The position numbers and the translations under genes are program-made. DNA of 58,386 nt, taken from contig JBNKUM010000047.1 of NCBI GenBank assembly GCA_050298595.1, forward strand, positions 1 through 58,386, given 5' to 3'. Shown piece after piece: positions 1 through 8,224 of this stretch; position 1 is the first letter of the stretch; the number at the start of each line of letters is the position of its first letter. The notes beneath the pieces were generated by a model. It did no database searches. It saw only the letters and a program-made list of their open reading frames with translations, and had not been told where the DNA came from. The stretch is from Gammaproteobacteria bacterium (GTDB lineage: Bacteria > Pseudomonadota > Gammaproteobacteria > GCA-001735895).

Positions 1-1178
<1,178 letters not shown>

Positions 1179-1382
1179 ACAATGTTTCTACTTATACAGA
1201 ATGCGCACTCAAATAAAACATACTCATCCAGCCTGGATTTTTTATCACAACATCAATTTTCGATGCTATAGAATATTCCGCATGACATCCTTATTAAAGA
1301 GTATAGCAATTCAAAATAAACTAATTATTCAGAAATATAAGCCTGCATTGACTATGACCCTTTTAAACTTAAACCCGTATCT

Positions 1383-2030
1383 GTGATGAATTTATATAAC
1401 TTGAATCAGGGGCTATATATAACCCCAACTCCAGCTGGGGCTTATTATAGTGTATCAGGTATTGAGCAAACGCCTTACCGACGCTTCCTTCATATATTAC
1501 TAAGTCAGAAAAATACCCCGCTGTTAACAATGGACCGACTAAGACAGTGGCAACAAACTGAAGATGAAGACAAGGCGTTAGAGATACTTTATCAGATTCA
1601 GAGTTTAGGCTGGGTTGCTGGTATGGATACTAAAAACATTGCCCCACAAGGTATACTGGAAGATATTCTACCTGCTTTGTTAGCAGATCTATCTGATACC
1701 AAAAAAGCTTTACTGGCTGACGCACAGGGGTTTTATATCTGCTCGCAGGGATTCCCTCACGAAACAGCAGAAGAATTATCAGCATTAAGTGCTGACATTG
1801 CTTCCATGCATAATCGACATCAGCATGTAATACAGCATAATCTTGGATTGAGTACCAGCGCATGGTCTTTGGTAGATGCTGCTGGAAATAGCCAGGTTGG
1901 ATTCTGGCCCATGTATATAGGTGATCACAGATTCGTTCTGGTAATCAGTGGTCTTCCCTATCTTAACCAGCCCAGCCTAACAAATTTGATATGGGCTTTA
2001 CATAACCGCTATGGAAGTTTATTTAGTTAA
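1383..2030 (+). CDS. Roadblock-like domain protein (N-terminal helical region plus C-terminal LC7/roadblock-like fold)
   Basis: C-terminal half KALLADAQGFYICSQGFPHETAEELSALSADIASM resembles a roadblock/LC7 pattern; lies next to a canonical roadblock gene. Confidence 0.65.
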   Translation: MMNLYNLNQGLYITPTPAGAYYSVSGIEQTPYRRFLHILLSQKNTPLLTMDRLRQWQQTEDEDKALEILYQIQSLGWVAGMDTKNIAPQGILEDILPALLADLSDTKKALLADAQGFYICSQGFPHETAEELSALSADIASMHNRHQHVIQHNLGLSTSAWSLVDAAGNSQVGFWPMYIGDHRFVLVISGLPYLNQPSLTNLIWALHNRYGSLFS

Positions 2031-2092
2031 TGAATAACTTTCCACAGCTTAGTAAGCATAAATTACATTTAATATAAACAGGAGATTTAAAG

Positions 2093-2455
2093 ATGCGTTC
2101 AGATATGATTAATTCAGTACTAAGTGAATTAAATGGTACTTCTGCAGATATTGAGGCTGCAGCTGTAATTTCTGTCGATGGATTGATGATGGCCTCACAA
2201 TTGCCCGCAGGCATGGATGAAGATCGGGTAGGTGCCATGAGTGCTGCTATGTTATCACTTGGTGACCGTACTGCACATGAGCTTGGTCGTGGTACACTGG
2301 AACAGGTTTTGATTAAAGGCGCTACTGGATACGTTCTGATGACATCTGCCGGTAGTGAAGCGGTGTTAACAGTCCTGGCTAAACCAAATGCAAAATTGGG
2401 GCTTATATTTCTCGATGTAAAACGAGCTGCCACCGATATTGCCAAATTGATATGA
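2093..2455 (+). CDS. Roadblock/LC7 (MglB-like) protein
   Basis: AAAVISVDGLMMASQLP...DEDRVGAMSAAMLSLG...LEQVLIKG...AKLGLIFLDVKRAA is the typical MglB/roadblock signature; SD AGGAG upstream. Confidence 0.92.
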   Translation: MRSDMINSVLSELNGTSADIEAAAVISVDGLMMASQLPAGMDEDRVGAMSAAMLSLGDRTAHELGRGTLEQVLIKGATGYVLMTSAGSEAVLTVLAKPNAKLGLIFLDVKRAATDIAKLI

Positions 2456-2491
2456 CCCGGCAACTTTCCGGACATATCTGAAAATTGATCA

Positions 2492-2524
2492 AAAAACTCA
2501 ACATCAAATGACTGTTGAGTTTTT
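2492..2524. terminator. Bidirectional intrinsic terminator between convergent roadblock and hemerythrin genes
   Basis: AAAAACTCAACA-9nt-TGTTGAGTTTTT inverted repeat with A/T runs on both sides. Confidence 0.7.
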
Positions 2525-2533
2525 CAGATCAGC

Positions 2534-2977
2534 TTACGGCTGATTATTCATTTCAGCCGCAGGCACATTCTTGTGAGAATTAATAAAATCAGCGTTTATT
2601 TTATCAATTTTCATAATGTGATTAACCAGCCAGTCCGTCAGTTTTTCATAAGATGAGATTGCTAAATCTTCTGAAGTTCCAGACTCACGAATTTGTAGCA
2701 ACAAGGCATCAATCGTTTCCATATATTGCTTATGTGCATCGATATTCTGCCCAGCCAATGGACAGTCACAGCAGGCAACGCTATCCTCCTCCTTACCAAA
2801 GTGCCACTCACCATAATATTTCAAAAAAACAAGGGCTTTTCTGAGCTCATCAGCCCCTCTTCCTTGTTCCAAAGCCTCCGCAAAATCATATAACACAGCA
2901 AAGAATTGCTTATGTTGCAAATCAATTATTGCGTTACCAGTCGCAATGGAGTCACTCCAGGAGTATTTTGTAACCAT
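2534..2977 (-). CDS. Single-domain bacteriohemerythrin
   Basis: WSDSIATGNAIIDLQHKQ, WHFGKEE, AHKQY and WLVNHIMKID motifs. Confidence 0.9.
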   Translation of the reverse strand: MVTKYSWSDSIATGNAIIDLQHKQFFAVLYDFAEALEQGRGADELRKALVFLKYYGEWHFGKEEDSVACCDCPLAGQNIDAHKQYMETIDALLLQIRESGTSEDLAISSYEKLTDWLVNHIMKIDKINADFINSHKNVPAAEMNNQP

Positions 2978-3200
2978 AATTTTTTAATCCTTTTTAAAGG
3001 GCCGCGCTGCATTGCCGCGATCTAATTAAGTGTAACTTGCATGTTCTGCAGAATCTATATTAGGTTTGTTATGTTATATGAAATTCTTAAATAGTTCTAG
3101 TTAGTACAAAACATAGCACAAATCACGGATTATTTCTGGGACAGAGTGAAAACCCTGACCTGTGATAACAGATACTTATACCCCATTGAACACCCCCTGC

Positions 3201-3400
3201 TTAAACATGGATTCCGCAGTTGATTGCACGTTTGAGGCGGCGTATCTCTGCGTTACTTATAAGGACACAGGTAAGGGGCATGAGCAGGACACATCAGCTT
3301 TGCAACTCTTTGGAATAGCCCGCTATTCCGCGTTGTCACGCCTTTATTTACACCACCGCAAACGCACTACAATTCGTCCAACTGCAGATTCCAGGTTAAA
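3201..3400. mobile_element. 200-bp MITE-like element with 22-bp imperfect terminal inverted repeats
   Basis: TTAAACATGGATTCCGCAGTTG (3201-3222) matches the reverse complement of 3379-3400 at 18/22; internal palindrome GGAATAGC-cc-GCTATTCC (3312-3329); a related end occurs at 39253-39274. Confidence 0.65.
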
Positions 3401-3527
3401 GAAAACTTTTAATCTAACAGACATATCTCTCAGCGGATTAACGCATAAGCTATCTGTGTTGTTTCACAATGCTGCGATGAAGGTTGGCAATATAAAAGGC
3501 TCCGGCAACATATACAGAATATCTCAA

Positions 3528-3601
3528 ACCACGAAGCACACCAGGTTCATGAAGATAAATCCATATACAAATTCTTCCTGTGCTCTGTGTGCTTCGTGGC
3601 T
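3528..3601. repeat. REP-like palindrome built from 9-bp CACGAAG-type units
   Basis: CCACGAAGCACAC (3529-3541) and GTGTGCTTCGTGG (3587-3599) form a perfect 13-bp inverted repeat; a half copy AACCACGAAGCGCACGAAG is at 52921. Confidence 0.7.
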
Positions 3602-3647
3602 AACACTTCTATCCTGATCAAGGTTCAGTCAAGCATGAGCCTTTGCA

Positions 3648-4208
3648 CTATTCATATGGCTCAACCTTGCTTGCGCTAATTGTGTAACCTGCATCTGCCA
3701 GATCGGTGGTTTGCTTGCTGGTAGTTATTACTCCAGTCACCCAGACCACATCGTATAATTTACGAATTGCCGCACCTTTCTTATCCTGCGTTGTTACAAA
3801 CACAGTCTGATTGGCTGGCGGCGGTGGCACATGGATACAGGCACCGAAATAAGGTACCAGCAAAAATTCTGGCGTTTTCTGACCATCGGTTTCCAACGGA
3901 ATAACATAGCCAGGGAGTTTAATAAGCTTGCCATTCAACTCGGTATTTAGCGGTGAGCTTTTCAACATCGCATCCATCTTTTTCATCATTTCCCTTACTA
4001 CTGGATCATCGTCAGACAGATCTGCGATATTATATTTTTTCTGATACTCCTCCACCAGATCATCTGGGTTATAACCCTTTGGCATCAGGTCAGTCCATTC
4101 CAGCTCCTGAGCTGTTTCTGCTGCTTCAGCAGCATTCACCATCAGACCCAGCACTAAAACCATAGTCAGTGCAAAAACAAATACACTTATATTTTTCATC
4201 ATTTTCAC
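3648..4208 (-). CDS. DUF3299 family exported protein (zrg-type operon)
   Basis: Signal peptide; LEWTDLMP and EFLLVPYFGACIHVPPPPANQ motifs. Confidence 0.88.
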   Translation of the reverse strand: MKMMKNISVFVFALTMVLVLGLMVNAAEAAETAQELEWTDLMPKGYNPDDLVEEYQKKYNIADLSDDDPVVREMMKKMDAMLKSSPLNTELNGKLIKLPGYVIPLETDGQKTPEFLLVPYFGACIHVPPPPANQTVFVTTQDKKGAAIRKLYDVVWVTGVITTSKQTTDLADAGYTISASKVEPYE

Positions 4209-4213
4209 CTGAA

Positions 4214-5473
4214 TTAAATCCTGATGGTCATGCCATCAGCCAGTGAGTATCGATATGCCCGATAGGCTGGAATCAAGCCAACAAGCAAACCCGCACAAAT
4301 TGCTGCCACCAGTAACATCAGCTCGTGCGCTGTCGGGGGATGGATGGGCAAATAAAGTCCCAGCTGTGATTGAATAATGGGCTGGGCTATCAACTGAATA
4401 GCATACAGCGCTGCAACCCCGAGCACTGAGGCAATCATCATAACAGCACCTGCTTCGCCGACAAATAATACAAATATGTGCCAGGGCCGTGCTCCTACTG
4501 ATCGTAACACCGCCATCTCTCGACGACGTTCATTCAGGCTGGTGAGTATCGCGGTTGCCATTCCGCTAATTCCTACCAGAACCACCAGTACCGAGATAGC
4601 AAGCAAGGCTTGCTGGGCTATCGCCATGGTGTCCCACAATTCCTGCAATGCTACGCCGGGCAAGGTCGCCAATAGCGGCTCCTCTGGGTACTCATTGATA
4701 AATCGCTGCACACGAAAAGCCGCTATACGTGATTTTAACCCCACCAATACCGCAGTAATAGTTTTGGGTTGCAGATCCATCTGGCGTGCTTTTTCGGCAT
4801 CGATATTGCGGCCAGGCTTAGGCGCACCGTTTTCCCATCCAGCATGGATTGCTTCTATAGCCTGCAGGCTAACATGCACCGTTCGGTCAAACGGAGTGCC
4901 AGACTTTTTCAGGATACCAACCACTGTAAATGGTTTGTCTTTATGCTCCACAAAACTGACCTCTCCAGTCCCATGAGCCAGTACAATTTTTTCGCCCGTT
5001 TTGTAACCCAGTTCTTTGGCAACATCTGCTCCAATGACAGCATCGTAAACATCGTCAAACGGCACACCATCAGAAAACTCAATAGCCTTGTCACCTGCAT
5101 AATGATAGCGCTTAAAATAATCTGTCGTTGTGCCCAACACACGAAATCCATGGTGCGAATCACCCAACGACAGAGGTACCGTCCAGGCAACTAATTTTTG
5201 TTTTTTAATGTCCTGATAACTTTCCCAGGACACATTATTGGTTGGATTACCTATGCGGAAAATAGAATACAGTAACAACTGTACCGGACCGCTACGTGCG
5301 CCGACAATCAGGTCGGTTCCAGAAATGGTGTTGGTAAAACTCTCGCGCGCATCATTACGCAGTCGTTCTACACCGAGCAGTAGCATAATGCTTAATGCAA
5401 TAGAAAATATCGTTAGTGCAATAGTGAATTTGCGATTCAAAATACTTTTAAGGGCCAGAGTGAGTATATACAT
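4214..5473 (-). CDS. ABC transporter permease, MacB/FtsX type (zrg-type operon)
   Basis: N-terminal TM, large periplasmic domain, GTDLIVGARSG, LNERRREMAVLRSVGA and three C-terminal TMs. Confidence 0.92.
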   Translation of the reverse strand: MYILTLALKSILNRKFTIALTIFSIALSIMLLLGVERLRNDARESFTNTISGTDLIVGARSGPVQLLLYSIFRIGNPTNNVSWESYQDIKKQKLVAWTVPLSLGDSHHGFRVLGTTTDYFKRYHYAGDKAIEFSDGVPFDDVYDAVIGADVAKELGYKTGEKIVLAHGTGEVSFVEHKDKPFTVVGILKKSGTPFDRTVHVSLQAIEAIHAGWENGAPKPGRNIDAEKARQMDLQPKTITAVLVGLKSRIAAFRVQRFINEYPEEPLLATLPGVALQELWDTMAIAQQALLAISVLVVLVGISGMATAILTSLNERRREMAVLRSVGARPWHIFVLFVGEAGAVMMIASVLGVAALYAIQLIAQPIIQSQLGLYLPIHPPTAHELMLLVAAICAGLLVGLIPAYRAYRYSLADGMTIRI

Positions 5474-5478
5474 ATTAC

Positions 5479-6189
5479 CTATTCTCCTTTTACGGCCTGA
5501 TTGATTTCAGCTAGCTGCAGGCTGCGGTCAAATTGAGCCTCTAGCGATGAATCGTGACTGACGAATACCAGTGTGGTTTTCTGCTCAGTGCACTCCTTAA
5601 TCAATAATTTCAGAAAACTACTGCGTCGGTCAGCATCCAGAGCCGAAGTTGGCTCATCGGCAATTACCAGTTCCGGACTACCGATCAGCGCCCGCGCTGC
5701 TGCCACCCGCTGCTGTTGACCGACACTCAACTCGGTAACCGGACGTTGTAACACCCCAGCAGGTAGATCGAGATGCTCCAGCAGCCGTACCGCTTCATCC
5801 CGGTGACTACTACCGCGCTGCTCGATATTACTTTTACGTCGCTGCGAAAAATGGCAGGGTAAAAGCACATTGTCCTGTACTGATAGATAGGGAATAAGAT
5901 TGAACATCTGAAAGATAAATCCAATATGTTCTGCTCGAAATCGGTCACGTTTCGCCCCACTCAAATCACTCAACTGCTGACCCAGTACGGAAACGGTACC
6001 CTGTAATGGTAACAGTACGCCACCGATCAAACTGAGCAGGGTACTTTTACCACTACCACTGGATCCTTTGATAAAAACGCGTTCACCTCTGGCGATACGC
6101 AGCTCTGGCAAGGTCAGTATGGCTGGTCCATCCTGTCGCCAACGAAAGCTAAGATTCTGTATATTGATAGCGTCTGCCTGCAACGTCAT
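5479..6189 (-). CDS. ABC transporter ATP-binding protein
   Basis: Walker A GSSGSGKS, signature LSVGQQQRV, Walker B VIADEPT, H-loop VSHD. Confidence 0.95.
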   Translation of the reverse strand: MTLQADAINIQNLSFRWRQDGPAILTLPELRIARGERVFIKGSSGSGKSTLLSLIGGVLLPLQGTVSVLGQQLSDLSGAKRDRFRAEHIGFIFQMFNLIPYLSVQDNVLLPCHFSQRRKSNIEQRGSSHRDEAVRLLEHLDLPAGVLQRPVTELSVGQQQRVAAARALIGSPELVIADEPTSALDADRRSSFLKLLIKECTEQKTTLVFVSHDSSLEAQFDRSLQLAEINQAVKGE

Positions 6190-6242
6190 CTGGCAACTCC
6201 AGGTTAAAGGGACGGCTTTTGAGCCGCCCCTGGTTTTAATAG

Positions 6243-6803
6243 CTACTTAAGCTTAATGATGTTGTCATCTACAGTAAGTTCAGCAGCACTTTGCCCCGCT
6301 CCTGTAATTACCTGTGCACGAAGGTGCTGAGTACCGGCAAAGCGCTCAAATAAAGACAGTGTTAATGTCTTCAGCTGCGCTGGCTGCGCGCAATCAAACT
6401 CATAGCTAGCATCGAAATCGGCATGCTCATTTTCGTGCTCATCGACGTGCTCTTCTGCATGTTGATCCGCGCTGTCGGTAATTAGTGCAGATTCCACCTG
6501 GGCATCCACCAGCACACATTTTGCAGCCGCACTAGGAGAGAATAGCAGCATACCATCGCTAAGCAATTCGGCTGCATGAGTGACCTGATCTCGCTCAGCC
6601 TGGTTATTTGCAGGATGTTCAAAACCAACCACATTCATCGCCGGTAATGACAGCTCAAGCATCATTTGATTTTTTTCAATCGCCACATTGAGCTGACCAC
6701 CACCATGTTCATGGGCTCCATGCTGACGGTGTTCTTCTGCGAATGCGACTGATGCCACAGCACAGTTCATCAACATCAATAAAGTAATTTTGGAATAACG
6801 CAT
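6243..6803 (-). CDS. zrgA: ZrgA/DUF2796 family periplasmic zinc-binding protein
   Basis: Signal peptide; HGAHEHG, PAMNVVGFEH, His/Glu-rich loop, HADFDASYEFDC. Confidence 0.88.
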   Translation of the reverse strand: MRYSKITLLMLMNCAVASVAFAEEHRQHGAHEHGGGQLNVAIEKNQMMLELSLPAMNVVGFEHPANNQAERDQVTHAAELLSDGMLLFSPSAAAKCVLVDAQVESALITDSADQHAEEHVDEHENEHADFDASYEFDCAQPAQLKTLTLSLFERFAGTQHLRAQVITGAGQSAAELTVDDNIIKLK

Positions 6804-6891
6804 TTAGTATCTCCGAATAGTAACGGCCACCTGTATCCGAAATTATAAGGATCAGGAGTGCCGAAATTTAAAAAAGTTAGATAAATAAAAC

Positions 6892-7209
6892 TTAGGAGAT
6901 ATCTGGTGGTGCGCGCGCCTCTTGTACACATACCTGAGTGGGAATATATATTATTTGAGGCAGGATTTCAGAAACTGGGACAACAGACACAACTGCAGGC
7001 AGATGATTGCCCGTTTCCGGTACCGATGAGCTGCTGAAAGCACCATACAGGCAAATCTGGCATTCACTATCCTCACCCGGCAATTCATCATGATGATGGG
7101 TATGCAGTGCAAATACCATAGCCCCCCATAGCAACAAAAAGACGAGCGATGGGCTTAACCAACGATATCGTCTGATCATTTGAGCAGTACTAAATAAGGG
7201 TATTTGCAT
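6892..7209 (-). CDS. DUF2946-like leader protein with His cluster, CxxC and C-terminal RAPP motif (putative arrest peptide)
   Basis: Hydrophobic N-terminus (start may be Met11 at 7179), then HTHHHD, CQIC and ...ARAPPDIS-stop, directly upstream of zrgA. Confidence 0.75.
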   Translation of the reverse strand: MQIPLFSTAQMIRRYRWLSPSLVFLLLWGAMVFALHTHHHDELPGEDSECQICLYGAFSSSSVPETGNHLPAVVSVVPVSEILPQIIYIPTQVCVQEARAPPDIS

Positions 7210-7518
7210 TGAATAGTGCTATTGAATTAAAGCCTTAACTTTTCGATTACCTGGTACGATGATGACTCGGGACTATAACATGACAAAGTCAATAAAAGTG
7301 AATGATAAAATTTCAACCAAACACAAAAAATACAGTACCGTCCGGATTATATCCCTCACTCTGAGATAACATTCTTAGCATTTGGTTCATAGCTTGAGTC
7401 GATTAAAACTGGGTTTCCATTGTGAAAACCGTTCAGCCTTTTTTGTTAAAATGTTTAGTACAGGCTAGCTAGTGGAGAATAACTCGGGGTATGGCAGGGT
7501 CTATAGATATAAAATTAA

Positions 7519-7548
7519 AGTCAGCCCTTTCAATTTAAAGGGCTGACT
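7519..7548 (-). terminator. Intrinsic terminator of the kinase operon
   Basis: AGTCAGCCCTTT/AAAGGGCTGACT 12-bp stem followed on the minus strand by a T-rich tract. Confidence 0.8.
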
Positions 7549-7560
7549 GTACAAATCGTA

Positions 7561-8154
7561 TTAATCGGGTATCGAAGTGGTAATAGTCACGGTTCCTGTC
7601 GGAGTATCTCCACCACCTCCGCCACCACCTCCGCCGCCTCCAGCAAGAGCAAGTACGCCAACGCCAATCAAGATCATGGTTATGGTACTCATTCCTTCTT
7701 TCTCAGGTTCCGGTGCTGCAGTTACAGAAGCCGTGCTCACATCCTTCGGAACAACCTCGTAGGCATAAGGAGAAAATTTCTGGCCCTCAAATACGCTGTT
7801 ACCTGAAACATCCTCCGCGCGAATATAAAATTCAATTTTTTTTGAAATTACAGGATCTACACTCAGTTCTGTAGAGTATGTATTGGTACCGGTTTTGAGC
7901 ATAGGCTTGGGGATATAGCCAATATCATTGGCATTCTTATAGTAAAGAGTAACATTCGCTACACCCTTATTATCGATAACCTCTACGCTAAAGGTCTTTA
8001 CGCCTTCGCTAATCTCTGACTTCCCAACGTCAAAACTAATAACTGGGGGTTCGATATCCGGAGCCTGTAAACTCAGGGCTTCCGCATAGGCAGCCGGGGT
8101 GGTAATCTGCAGAAAAAATATCAAGGCTAGCAGACGTGATAAGAATATTTTCAT
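7561..8154 (-). CDS. Exported protein with a beta-rich domain, C-terminal TM helix and poly-Gly tail
   Basis: Signal peptide ending AYA; TMILIGVGVLALA-G11-DTPTGTVTITTSIPD. Confidence 0.8.
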   Translation of the reverse strand: MKIFLSRLLALIFFLQITTPAAYAEALSLQAPDIEPPVISFDVGKSEISEGVKTFSVEVIDNKGVANVTLYYKNANDIGYIPKPMLKTGTNTYSTELSVDPVISKKIEFYIRAEDVSGNSVFEGQKFSPYAYEVVPKDVSTASVTAAPEPEKEGMSTITMILIGVGVLALAGGGGGGGGGGGDTPTGTVTITTSIPD

Positions 8155-8224
8155 AATCGACTCCTTCCTTTATTCAATTTATCTTTTGCGTTTCTAATCA
8201 TAACATATCAACCTTTAATTGATA

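Noticed and set aside
1201-1386. 61-aa ORF as a gene or GTPase remnant
   Set aside because: AT-rich, no P-loop or other motif and no clear SD; probably intergenic.
3162-3617. 151-aa ORF
   Set aside because: Runs across two palindromic repeat elements and has no protein-like motif.
7261-7375. Zur box upstream of the zrg-type operon
   Set aside because: Only a half-site (TATAACAT, 7274-7281) is visible, with no convincing 7-1-7 palindrome. A weak match at 3067-3081 is also insufficient.
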